DNA of 60,593 nucleotides, filler included, from Porpidia crustulata (Eukaryota): assembly GCA_964255105.1 (NCBI GenBank). It is 13 parts of 13 records of this genome, joined end to end, with 100 filler letters (N's around TTAATTAATTAA, not from the genome) between each part and the next. Parts side by side here need not be neighbours in the genome. Positions count along the whole stretch, not along the records: positions 23,453 to 28,031 come from CAXUWE010002049.1; positions 28,132 to 32,705 come from CAXUWE010002050.1; positions 32,806 to 37,377 come from CAXUWE010002051.1; positions 37,478 to 42,029 come from CAXUWE010002052.1; 9 more parts are not named here. The stretch is one strand, 5' to 3'. Below the pieces are notes generated by a model that saw only the letters and a program-made list of their open reading frames with translations, was not told the origin of the DNA and made no database searches. A program made the translations under genes and the position numbers. Below are positions 25,518 to 37,978 of this stretch, in pieces (within the stretch, counting starts at the first letter, position 1; every line of letters begins with the position of its first letter).

Positions 25518-26633
25518 GATTGAGATTTGATGACCTGCGTATGGGGCTATGAAAATACTAATATATATAAGGTATCCATTGAACATGCTCAACTTTGCGG
25601 CTGTATCATGCTATATCTTTTAACGCGCTCCCGTGGCTGTTCTGCATATGTACCTTGTGAGTCGCAGGGGATCGACAGTAAGATTGAAACTAGGTAACAG
25701 CGGAAGTGCATGCACAGATTCCATAAATCTGTAGAGCTGCAGGGACAAGAATAGTAAGGAATGTAGAAAGCATTGGAAGAAATTTCTACGACGGCTTAAC
25801 AGTGACCCTGAAATTTCCATGTTTTCTTGAGAGATTGACGAGCAATTTTGATTCCATACCAAGTTCAATTCGATGAGAAGCGCGGTAGGAGACTGCTCTT
25901 TGAAACCCCTAGTGAACTGAGCTACAACTCCTAGTACCTGCCATAAAATTGGCCGAGGAATGATACCGTCTGCCTAAGTGCGCCATGTTTCAAAGTGACA
26001 GGCGAAAAGCCTGCATGTACAATGGCAGGGAGCGGATGCATAGAAGTATGAGTAGACGACCTCGAGGAACCGAACCATCAACGTCGTAGGTGGGCAAATC
26101 TCCGGAGAGAGCTCTTCTCATCCGATCGAGTTGATTGAAGAAATTCGCCCTTTTGACCAGGCGAGCAGGACTGTGGGAAGCGCTGATGAGGCGAAGATCA
26201 AGAGAGAAAGAAGCGCAAGAGGAGACGAGACGAGACGATAGAGGCGACATTGACGGCGGTCTGAGCGCCATCAACCACCGTCTCACCATCGAATCAAAAC
26301 GACTTATGAACCCCTCAACCATAGAATGTTAGAGGTATCCTGTGTTGAAATATGTGTATCTACCGATTTGATGTTTTGGTCGCGATGCTCAGCATCAATA
26401 GCGCGTTGCAAACATAGGAAGGATGTTGTGGGAATGATTAGGAGTGGTAGTCTTGCTGGTAGGAAAAGCGTTGGGCGTTGGGCGTCTTCGCTCGCCTACC
26501 CATCAACCTAGTCAACCTGATTAGATCTCTACCACGACCAATCAACTTTCCAGCATCATCGACTTCATCTTATCTCTGGCACACGAAGGCCCATATTGTC
26601 TGATCACATCCAAATATTCATACGAAGCTGAAG

Positions 26634-26988
26634 ATGTCTTTGAGTAACCCGAATCAAGCCGCAGGCGGCGCTCAAGCCTCAGCAGGGACGTCAGCGCAAG
26701 ATTTCGGTGTACAGGGTAGTGGGTTCATCCTCGAGCTGGCTCCCAAAGCGCAGTGAGATCCGTGCTGACGATGCTTCTCTAGGCAATGCCCCACAGCTCG
26801 CAACAAGCAGTGGCAAGGAGCAAGACCTCGCTAACCAAGGCAAGATGCCGGGCCTCTCTCAAGTTCAAAAAGACACACATGTCAGAAAACCGGGGGAAGA
26901 AGATGCAGCCGGCAACAAAATACACCACAAAGGTCTTCTGGGTCATATTCTCCACTGGGAGCATAACGGTATGAACGCAGACAAGTAA
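26634..26988 (+). CDS. Putative small (about 92-95 aa) hydrophilic protein, 2 exons
   Basis: ATG at 26634 (MSLSNPNQAAGGAQ...). A phase-1 donor at 26707 or 26716, branch site GCTGAC and acceptor CTAG at 26782 give in-frame GNAPQLA...GLLGHILHWEHNGMNADK*. Confidence 0.45.
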
Positions 26989-28131
26989 TGGGCATTTACT
27001 GCGGGCTACAGAGTCGCACGTGAACTTGAAGATCCAAAAACATAATACACGGAGTTTGGGGACCTTGATTGAAACATAGACACGGACCTGTTACGGCCGA
27101 TAACCGATTACAAAACTCCATCGTTGGATATAGATTGGCAGATGGGCTGCTCTATAGATTTGAAACATCATATTCACGAGTGGTCAGATGCCATTGAGAC
27201 GAGAGGAATCTGTTCAGATGCCACGACTGCGCCTGGAATGGTAGCAACCCATGGTGACTCTTTTCGCACAGATCAATATCCCAGACCGATGTCCTAGTAT
27301 CCGAGAAAACCGAGAACAGTGCGACACTGTTCTATTTTCAAGGACAAGTGTCGAATTGAACATCCGACTGTTCCCTTCAGACAGTCTCCGATATCCTGGG
27401 TCCACTTCCCTCTTTCTTCTCGTACTTTGGCCCTCGTCCTAGCTGGCAACTGCATTTTCCTGTCCATGCCTTCCCTTGCCGGAGATGTTTCTTTCGATTT
27501 CTTCATTAACATTGTTATTCCCCCGGACATCATCACTTGAAAGCATTTTCGCAGCTCGTGTGCAACCCATTGTATAGCTCACATGATTTACCCTGTTGGA
27601 TGAGATGTATAAGCCTTACGATAATTCGCGTTGGTAGCTCCGTTATCCGACCTGGTCATTGCTCTAGCTAGAAGTCCGCACGGCTACATGTTGCCGTTAC
27701 CACTATGTACATATCTATATACAATAGTATGGTGGACCCTCGGACCTCTCTATACCCAACTTCCCCACACCAACCCACCACCAGACTCCTTGGAACCTCA
27801 AGCTAGCCAGAACGCTGACCTATTGAATCGATCGAAAAAAGACTATCCAAGCATTTTTCGAAAGTCTATGTTCGATTCTCATCTTCCTTCCTACTGGATG
27901 TCACGGTAATCTCTGGCTTACACCTAATAGTCTGCAGTACAACACAATACCTCTCCGTCAGCTGCACCAACTTTCTCCACCTTCCCCTCCTCGATATCCG
28001 TATCCCACTCAAACCCAAGCCGAATCGCCACNNNNNNNNNNNNNNNNNNNNNNNNNNNNNNNNNNNNNNNNNNNNTTAATTAATTAANNNNNNNNNNNNN
28101 NNNNNNNNNNNNNNNNNNNNNNNNNNNNNNN

Positions 28132-28964
28132 CCTCAAACCCCCACCGAATCCGCTGACGGTATATCGGAATTATCCCATCATCGGGCCTCGGCACCTGCA
28201 GCACCGTCTTCGCCGTTCTCGCGACGGTGTTCGCGCTCAAAAATGGCAAGGACGTCGCAGGCACGTGGGACGAAAATCCTTAGGATGAATCGCATTCACA
28301 ACGCTCTCGTCGACACGTGGCCGTTCCTGCAGGATACGTTGTCGGAAAGGGCGATACCGCGGGCTCCGCAGTGCTGTGATTTTTGGACGCTGGAGTCGGA
28401 GGGGCTTTGGGAGCGGGGGCTCAGGCGGTTTAGGAGACGGCTATGGAACGCGGGAGGAGGCCGAGGCGGAACGAGGACTCCGAACATTGCTTGATCCTAG
28501 TGTATTCAGGTGAGTATGAGACTCGGCAACAGAAACGGAGATGTTTCGATTCCCTGCACAGTTTCCTCTTGCATCTGGATATGGTGGAAGATGTGGGACT
28601 GGATGAGAGGGCTCTCGCAATGGAAATGACGATGGCGCTGGCTGTGCCTCACTGGCAGGCAGAAGTTGATGCTATGGATGTAGAATTCGTGCTCGGGAGC
28701 GCGGGTCCAACGACGATGCTGATAGATGGAATGTGTACACGACACAAGCCAGCGCTCGTACAGTGGCAGATCTCGATACACTTCCTACATATATACCTCT
28801 AGCCCCGTTTGAAGCGCATCGTTTTATATCTAACAAGCGAGCAAATCCAGATGTGGGTTCTGGATTTCGTCAAGGCGGCTTCCATCAGCTGTATTTTCAG
28901 CGACGTGGATAAGAAGTTGATTTCGGAATTTTCTAGGGAACGACTCTTACTACCCGTGGCCTGA
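28132..28964 (+). pseudogene. Degenerate DUF3669-family gene
   Basis: Family motifs are split across frames: GLGTCSTVF (stop at 28281), then IPRAPQC..F, then CLILVYSG...SLHSFLLHLD...MALAVPHWQAEVDAMDVEFVLG. An in-frame TAG at 28800 precedes QMWVLDF. Confidence 0.65.
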
Positions 28965-30964
28965 TGTCGACATGGAGTTGTGGAAGGTGTTCTGTAGTGC
29001 GTATCCAGAGGCTAGTTCGCTCGTTGTGGACAATAGGCAGGCGAGAGGCTCAATATCGAGGTTGCCTATGCGGTCTTTCCTTAGAAAAGTTGGGGCGGTG
29101 ATTCATGAACGTAAGAAGTGAGATTCAGAGAGGCATATTATCTTCGGGGATTGAAGAGATTCGGAAGTAAGTGAGAATACTCTGCAGATATTGCACCTCT
29201 ATTGGGTTTCTGCATAATTGAGTGTTATGACTGAGGAAGTGGTAGGTACTGAAACTTGATGGTGAATTCTTCTGAACATACAAGTAAACCTATCGATTCG
29301 AAATGGAATACAAAAGAATTATCATCGGGGTAAATCAGTCAACCCACATCTGACACTGATGTTTCGGGCCTGTCATAAATGGTTCATCCTTTGCTGCAAC
29401 TATTTATCTGAAAGGCAAGTCGCCATTTTGTAGGTGCTAAACACAAGCAAACTCTGGATGTTCAAATGTGCAGACTGATGATCCGATAGAGTACGACCTG
29501 AGGCAAATGTAAGGAGAGGATGAGAACAGGCGAATACATAGTTAGAAGGGAAAGGAAACGATCGAGATGGAAAAGGCTGGATGACGATTGAATGGACGAG
29601 GAAGCTATTCATATCGATAGGAAACGTAATACCAAGGGTACGCCGGTGAAGGTCATCGAAGAGATCGAAGAGATCGAAGAGACCGTTTCCATTTACCTTG
29701 TTGCGTTTGGTATAACAATATCATTAGTATCATTATTATCATCCACACAGTCACTCTATTCTCCATGCAAGTAAGACTCAAGAGTTTCCAAGACATGTGA
29801 CGCAGATTGCGGGGTTATCAACCCACCATGTAGAGATCATCAACTTCACCTTTAATTATAGACGAGGCATTTTCCAAACATAAGCGGAAGAAGGAGAATT
29901 GGCATACCAGCTCGTGGCCTTATTGCATGCCATGCCACGAATGGAAGCTCGTTGATGAAAATGGATATAATCTCACCATCGAAAGAGCAGCGTATATGGA
30001 GGCAGTGTGTTCCCTCCGGACGCTCCTACCAACAGCTGCTCCACGTTGCTAGTGACAGAGCCCAAGAAATCGCGATGGACGTTGTTTGTAAGCGAGGTGG
30101 CGAAAAGGTAAGGTCCATCAACATGATAATTATAATAATAATAGTAAGTAAACCGCAAAATGCCTCAACTGCTCTTGATTGAGGGAAGCGGTGACTGAAG
30201 ATCACGCACTCTGTCTGAGATCTGGAGATCGACCGGATTCATCCTACCCGAGCTGAAGATTCCAAGTGTCATTTAATGCCTTAACCCTATCGATCAACCT
30301 CGGATCGATAGCGTGTGGTGCCGGGCGTTTCTGAATTCTGGACAATCTTTCGGATTTCTACGATTCACCACGTCCCCATCTTGAATGATCTCGCTTATAT
30401 TTGGTGATTCCGTCGCGGACATTCTGATATAATCTAATTGAAATCGCAATTTCAATGGCCCCATTACACCAATCAGATCGCCTTGATTGATCGTGACTAC
30501 TTGTTGGTGCTGAGTCCTGGGACGCCTTGAGACGCAGCCCTGCGTCCATGGTTAAAGGTCTCACACAACCACCCAACATCAGACGTGCACAGCCCCCCGG
30601 TTCCGACGGCTGCGACTTCTGTAACTAGCTGCACTAAGCAGGCACGATCCGCTAGCTACGCCCGTCTTGGCAGGCAGCTGAGCAGCAAAATCCCCCGCAG
30701 CCCTCGTGTCGACCTACTCAACCCACCCATACTTAAGTTCTCGTGCACGTCAACACTTTCTCTATCACCAGTACCATCATTGCCTATTGCGTACTCATTG
30801 CAGATATCAACCGCACCACCATCCATCTTATCGCTTTTGCCACTGACAGCAGTCTTTTAGAAGTCCTTATCATCCTCACCTTCATTAAGTAGCCCATCCC
30901 AAACTCCAAGCTGTCTTCCACTCGCAGCATCCTGTCTCCTTCGCCAAATCCAGAAACTTCAACC

Positions 30965-32126
30965 ATGTCTACGACTATGGATAACGGTAAGGCAACAGCG
31001 CCAGTAGGCGGTGTTCGCAATGGAAACCTTGGCGGGCACAGTAATCGCCTCATCAACGTCCAGCCACCTCGCAGGGAAGACCTTCAGCCCGCGTATGCGC
31101 AGACCCTTCAGGGTGAGAGCGAGGATGCCGGCACTCATGGCTGGTATGGATCGATGAGTATGTGCTTTACACCTCTCTTTCTCAATCAACGCTAATAAAT
31201 CTCAGTGAACACTCTTGGAAACTGCGTTGGTTTCCTCGGAGCGATCCCATGCTGCGTCGTCTGCCCAAATCCCTACAAGCCAGTCAGCCAAGGGAATGTC
31301 GGTCTGGTCACCAAATTTGGTCGATTCTACCGCGCAGTTGACCCGGGTCTCGTCAAAATCAATCCGTTGTCGGAGAAGCTCATACAAGTCGATGTCAAAA
31401 TCCAGATTGTTGGTATGTGTTCTCGGTTGAGCTGTGCCATATTGATCAAGACTAAAATACTACACAGAGGTCCCAAAGCAAGTCTGCATGACCAAGGACA
31501 ACGTAACCCTGCATCTCACATCTGTGATCTATTACCACATCACTTCCCCACACAAGGCCGCCTTCGGTATCTCCAACGTACGCCAAGCCCTCGTCGAACG
31601 CACCCAGACCACCCTCCGCCATGTCGTCGGTGCTCGTGTACTTCAAGACGTCATCGAGCGTCGCGAGGAAATCGCCCAGTCGATTGGTGAAATAATCGAG
31701 GACGTTGCCTCTGGCTGGGGTGTTCAGGTGGAGAGCATGCTGGTCAAGGACATCATCTTCAGTAACGAACTCCAAGATTCCCTCAGCATGGCGGCTCAGG
31801 CCAAGCGTATCGGAGAGTCAAAGGTCATCGCCGCTCGCGCCGAAGTTGAGTCGGCGAAGTTGATGCGCCAAGCCGCGGACATCCTCTCGAGCGCGCCGGC
31901 CATGCAAATCAGATACCTGGAAGCAATGCAAGCAATGGCAAAGTCTGCGAATAGTAAGGTGATCTTTTTGCCTGGCATATCTTCGACTACAACGGAAGCA
32001 TTGGCGCAGGCCGATGCTTATGGCGAGGGACCAAGCTCGCACGGGCAGAAGTCGCAGTCATCTATGGGCGAAGGGAAAGATGGTTTTCAGCAGGCGATAA
32101 ACGCCAGAGTCATTGAGAACATCTAG
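30965..32126 (+). CDS. Stomatin / band-7 (SPFH) family protein, 3 exons
   Basis: GAIPCCVVCPNPY..V.QGNVGLVTKFGRFYRAVDPGL, MTKDNV, ERTQTTLRHVVG, SAPAMQIRYLEAMQAMAKSANSKVIFLP. Confidence 0.95.
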
Positions 32127-32401
32127 AGAAATTGAAGTGGATTCCGTGATCAATGGGATTTTAATGTGCAGAGGCCGATGGTTGGGAGACGTGGATATTA
32201 TAAGTCAGGGGCGACAGGGGGGGCGCAAAGGAGGTATAAGGATCGATTCTCTCTCGTTAGGTTGGATACCCCAATTTGAATAGTTTTATCTTTCTCCGCT
32301 CCTTGCATCCTCGTCTCAAATCCACTGTGAAATTTGCGACCTTGAGATTTGGGTCATAGACAACTGTTGTGGTGGCACTAGCCCATGGATAATCTAAGAA
32401 A

Positions 32402-32637
32402 AGCATCTCAGGCATTCTTGCACAGATGAGCGCGTATGTCTGATTATTTCTACCCAAAGCGACGATATGCCGATACGACAATGTTCAAGGCAAGCAATCA
32501 TGGAGGTACTAATCTAACTCACCGCTAACCTACGAAAGAGCATCCCAGGCCTTTTTTCACAAATGAGCGGATATGTCTGATTATTTGTAATTGGAGAGAT
32601 GATGAGACGATATGACAATATCCAAGACAAGAAAATC
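32402..32637. repeat. Degenerate tandem direct duplication, period 137 bp
   Basis: AGCATC at 32402 and 32539, ATGAGCG at 32426 and 32563, and an exact TATGTCTGATTATTT at 32435 and 32572. Confidence 0.6.
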
Positions 32638-33868
32638 CATGATTTTTGAAGATGGAAGAGGAGAATGGGGTTTTATGTGACGGTAGACGTTTCGAGGTAA
32701 TGGTGNNNNNNNNNNNNNNNNNNNNNNNNNNNNNNNNNNNNNNNNNNNNTTAATTAATTAANNNNNNNNNNNNNNNNNNNNNNNNNNNNNNNNNNNNNNN
32801 NNNNNCCCCTTCTCAATCCCACCACCTCCTTTCATATCATAATTCCTCGGATCAACCGATTTTCCATCACGGGTTCGACATTGGATGCAAATCCACTCGA
32901 AATGTTTTTACAACAAAACTATACCCCCCCCCACCGTGACCCCTCAAATCTCGTATCTACCCAGCTGGTATAAACATATCGCTTCAATCAGCGACCGCAT
33001 CACCGATACGAAAAGTCGAAGAACGTGATTTCGTTCCGAAAGCTCAGAAGATTTCCAGGGGCTAAGGTTTGGTTTTGTGGGGCTTTGTGGGGCGTATGGT
33101 GGAGGGGGGCTGAGGTTTTTGCGTTTCGATGAACTTCAATTAGAACCCAAGCTATCGTAATTGAAAAAAACCAGACAGGCGAAATTGATAACCCTGAGCA
33201 GGTTGATAGACCTTACCAACCAACCAACATCCCCCCCAACATCCAACCCATCTCAATCCACAGCCTACCTGACCCACACAAACTCCTCTATAAGACCCAT
33301 CAACAACCTAATAATAATTTCAACTGCTTTCATTTCAAAACTACCCTATTTATCAAAATTCCAGAGGAAAGAAAACAAAGAATACCGAACGAGAAAAAAA
33401 ATAAAAAAGACAGAACGAGAAAAAAATTTAGAGAAATGAAGGGTGTGGAAAGACATGGAAGGGTGACTAGAGCGATATCACGCTGAAGTTGTGGCAGGAG
33501 AAGGTAAATCATTCATTGATTATCGTTCTTGCACAATCAACCCCATCCGAGATTCGGGCGAAAGTGATTTCGCACACTTAGAAACTCACTTGAGGGGGTT
33601 TCGCAAAAGAGATTGATGTAGAGCATCTCCCATCGCAGAATCATGTCATGGTCCGTTTACCCGTTGAGCCTAAAAACAGATGCTGGGGTTAAGCGCGGGG
33701 TTTGGCCGCATTATATGTCCGAATGCCTTCTTCCACGTCAAATTGCAAAATATCTCGGAATATCCAGTTGAATCATCCCTGGATAAAGAAGCAAGAGTCT
33801 GGACGATTCCCCGGATAGATTATCGCCCTCGTATCTATTCGAGAAATTTGACTTGCTGTCTCTGCACA

Positions 33869-34637
33869 ATGTCGGGATTTCCTTCGCTCCAGCCGGCCAT
33901 GACCATTCAGGTACGCTGTGTTCCTTTTTCATGATTTGAGAGGGAGATGCTGATAGGATGTGTTTAGGTCGCCATTGATGCCCCTATAAGCATTGGTCCG
34001 TCATCCTCCTCAGACATCTAACCAATGAGAATCCCACTAATGCCCGAGGTTCGCAGGCTCTGCGTCGAGAAGTACCCCTCTCGCCGTTGCGGTACAAAAC
34101 ATCATCCCACCTTTGACGGCATTACATTGCTGAAATCGACTACAGCCAATGACCGGAGGCACCGTAAAATCAGAACCCGGCTTCTCGCCTGCTCTCGATG
34201 CAGAGTTCATCGGTACCGGCAATGATTATATCCATAATGACCCCAGTGGCAAGACAATGCGGTTGAATGCCCACGGTATTGTGAAAGACAAGAAAAGCGG
34301 CGCAAAGGTGTATTTGCACTACACTGGGGTGGTAAATATCACGCCCGAGTTGGGGGCCGTCCTTCAAGGGAAGAAAGATGCCAAGTCGACCGAATTTGGA
34401 GATTCCTGTGAGTCGTCTTGGCATGACTTGTGGATAATAGTATTCCCGGTAGTCTGCCACCTGCTAATGAAGACATTGCATATCCAAGTCACCGAGATAC
34501 GCTTCGAGACTGGTGATGAGGACTTGAAGCCGCTAGAAAGCGGAGTTTTTGTGACAGCTGGAAGATTCATATATGAACATGGCAAGCCGGTCGTGGTGGA
34601 GTACAAGGTCAGCAAGGTGGTGAAGGGAGGGAACTAG
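33869..34637 (+). CDS. DUF3237 (UPF0311) beta-barrel protein, 4 exons
   Basis: MSGFPSLQPAMTIQ|VAIDAPISIG|...PMTGGTVKSEPGFSPALDA...GNDYIHNDP..RLNAHG...RFETGDE...VVEYKVSKV. Confidence 0.85.
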
Positions 34638-35024
34638 ATTGGCGTCACACCGGGGTACTGTGAATCGTTATTAGATTGACGTGGATCAGGTTGGGTAGTA
34701 TACGTACACTCAAGTACCTTTCCGTGACAAAGATGTTGCCATCCATCCTACCGGGGGCATGTTGGATGTGTTGTAATCAGAGGTGTTTCATCGCTTTTTC
34801 GCAGTTCGAATTTCATGTCGTGACCATATTCGTGCGCCCTGGTTGCAGACCTAGCGTCCGAGAAGTGGGATGTTGACTCCGTAACGCGTCCACGGTGCTC
34901 CCAATAAATTTTTCGTAGTACAGCGGTTCTGGAGGGAACAGTAGTCCGAGAGGATCTTGGCGTTGGCTACTGTAAAGCATCCTTTTCCTTCGCCTGGTCT
35001 ATTGGTCCCGTCTTGCCCGCTTGG

Positions 35025-35578
35025 TCATCCGAGGAGTCTCCTGTCTTCTCCTTCGTGCCCTTCCGTATCACCAGTCTTTCTATTCCATCTTGAATGCCAA
35101 CTGCCAGTTCCAATTGCGGCCCATCCATTCCGGCGCACAGTCTGCCACCTTTTCCAGAGCTTCTTCTCCTTTGCCCATTGCGCAAAGAAAGCTATCGCCC
35201 AGCCCAAGGCTACCAACGCCAGAGTTCCCAGTATGCTGACAAAGACACTTAAAAAAGTAACGGTGCTGACAGCACAGCCCAGTCCTTTCGCCCTTAGTTC
35301 AAATCGCTCAGCACCGAAGGGGCAGATTTGCGGATTGATTATGGGGGACAGAAGCGGCAAGGCATAGGCATTAGGGACGCAGATCCCGGACTAGTCGTAT
35401 CTCATTCAGCAACGAAGAGATTGGAAGAGTTTTCGAACGGACATACAACTGGACACCATCCGCAAGGGTGAGGGTCGGAAAGGCAAGATGAGCAGTCTTG
35501 AATTCGCCAGCAGATGGGCAGAAGGGGATCAATGCCAGCATGCACGGGCGAGGTGGAATGGTTGGAAGCTGCTTCCAT
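35025..35578 (-). CDS. Small Cys-rich (PSI/plexin-repeat-like) single-pass membrane protein, 2 exons
   Basis: CWRIQDCSSCL..PCGWCPV|SGICVP..LLSPI..ICP..ERFELRAKGLGCAVST, then a TM helix and a C-terminal E.RRLL motif. Intron at 35446..35391. Confidence 0.75.
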
Positions 35579-36510
35579 CTTGGCGAATTTGGCCGCCTTG
35601 ATGAGGAAATTCAATGTTCGCTCCGAAAACGCACGATCGTAACAATAATTGATTAATACCGGCGTGTCGGTTCACCACAAGCGAGCCGAGCGGGAGAAAT
35701 TCGGAACTTATGCCGCCATCCCGGCGTGATGAAACCCGAGGGCAATCTTCTTTTTCCCCCTTTTCCCCTGTATCACCCCAATCCTCATTGTAAATCATTT
35801 GATTTACGTCAAATGGCAGGATGCACATATGTAGGGTTTTCATGTGGCCTTTCCAAGCTCTATCTTTAAAGCACACCCATGAACGTAAATATCTCTTCTT
35901 TCGACTGTACTGTTCTGTTTCCATTGGAATATTTCTTTTGGGAATTTATGATCCCGAACTCAAACGAGGACAAAGACCCCTTGTGTGACCCGAAACAGGC
36001 GCAGCTGGCCTTCTAGATTGCGCTCTGCGCGCTACTGCTGGCTTTCATCTCCCGAATCCCAACTTCGGGTAGCGACTAAGGAGTAAACCAACACGGCATG
36101 ATAGAACTTTTCTCACCACCAACATCAAACTAGCAGATCACGTCGTGTCCAGCCTCGCTCCATCGACAATCATCCATGTTCATCATAATTGATGAAGCAA
36201 TCTTGAATCCCATGGATCCGTTAATTTCCCTCAGGAATATGCGTAAGCGTTAGCCTTACGCCTTGGGGTTGGGTCTGTCAGACTAGAAACGTCCATAGTC
36301 CTAGCTACCCCGAGCTGCAGCATGTTCGAGACAATTATGCCATCTAGCCTAACTGGGCCCCCAAATTCGTATCTGCAAGTTGCCAGCCTCCCATGATCTT
36401 CTTGCGGTGCACAGAAATCTATCTACTCAATTTTCTCTTCCACTCCATTTGGCCTTAGGTTTTCCTTTCAGTCCATTACGTTCCTTACATCTACCGTCCG
36501 AGCACCTAAC

Positions 36511-37377
36511 ATGTCTCTCATTTTATCGCGACAAGCCTTTAGTCCTTCGTGTCCTAGTGGTGGTACTTGGTATGCGTGCGCATCCGGCTCCAAATTTGTC
36601 GGATGCTGCGATTCAGAGCCCTGCAGCCATGGCTGTCCAGCCGGAAATCTGGAGCCGGCCAGCTTTGATCCCAAGTCCTATGGTCAATTCTCTGACCAAC
36701 AATGTTCCAGCGGCAGTTGGTACACATGTACAGGGACGTCGCCGCCATTTTTGGGATGCTGTAAATCAAATCCGTGCAAGTCTGGGTGCCCGAAAGCAGA
36801 TTTGGCAGCTGGTTTTCTTTCTTCGAATCCGAATGAAGCGGCGGGATTCTTACCATCGAGCGCGTCTACAGCATCATCCTCCTCCCCATCAACCAGCGGT
36901 GTTGCCGGTTCAGCTTCTTCAGCGAGCGCATCTAATGTTACTCCTTCCGCCAGCTCAGTCTCTTCCTCAATAGCATCTGCCGTAGCCGCAGGCGCATCAT
37001 CCACGACGTCAGCCCAGCCAGCTGCGACGAATGCGCCAACCCAGGGAAGTTCAACTGGAGTTATAGCTGGTGGCGTGGTGGGCGGAGTGGTCGTTCTAGC
37101 ATTGTTAGTCGGGTTGTTATTTTTCTTCTACCGTCGAAGAACCAAACGTTCTCGGGACCATATGGGAACCCAGAGAGAGAGACCCAGCCAATCGCCATTC
37201 CCGGGCGATGAGGTCGTGAAAGATCCAAAGTTCGCTTCATACGAAGGTCAGGTTTAGATTCTCCGACCGAAAGTATCGTAACACTAACGAGCCCTCGTAG
37301 ATTCTCCCCACACGACCCCAACACCAATGTACACACCCTACAACCACTCTAACCCTCCCAGCCCGAAGAATCCTCCC
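36511..37377 (+). CDS. Cell-surface sensor-like protein: duplicated Cys module, S/T/A stalk, TM helix, cytoplasmic tail; 3'-truncated
   Basis: Two copies of C..G.WY.C.....F.GCC...PC..GCP, a Ser/Thr-rich stalk, and IAGGVVGGVVVLALLVGLLFFFY followed by RRR. Confidence 0.85.
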
Positions 37378-37978
37378 NNNNNNNNNNNNNNNNNNNNNNN
37401 NNNNNNNNNNNNNNNNNNNNNTTAATTAATTAANNNNNNNNNNNNNNNNNNNNNNNNNNNNNNNNNNNNNNNNNNNNCTCCAACAGAAACCCCTGCCCCA
37501 TCACAGCCAGTATCACCAACCAACCAGAAACGCTCAACCTCCAACAGGCCCTCCCCCTCTCACCGCCCCACTCTGCCCAAACTTTGTTGCTCGAAAACCG
37601 ACGGGTTTTGCGATTCCCTCCTTTTCGAAATCGGCTGGGCACCGTAAGCGCTCTGCGCGGTCGAGTCCTGCATCCGCTGATCGACGTGGCTTGAGATGGA
37701 TGGTCGGGGTAATAGGGCGAACGGAGAGGAGAAGCAGGCAGTGGCCGGAAAGGATGTTGGGAGCGAAATGAGGAGGTGAGCGGCACAGGGGCACAGGGAA
37801 GGAACGGAAATTTAAGATCATGCGACGCAAGGGACGCCATACAAACATGCTGTAGCTGCTCCTTTCGGTCTTTCTACTCTGGTATCGTCGTATCGCTCGT
37901 TCATACCACCTACGATATATATAGATCACAGGTGCACCCCCCAAAGTTGCTTCGCCTCGCGGTCTCTCCGCCTTCAAT

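Noticed and set aside
28008..28152. Similar CTCAAACCC....CGAATC sequence on both sides of a spacer
   Set aside because: The match is short, C-rich and mismatched. The contigs are length-sorted, so a true overlap is unlikely.
29656..29682. (TCGAAGAGA)x3 microrepeat and nearby (AAT)n
   Set aside because: Ordinary slippage repeats in intergenic DNA.
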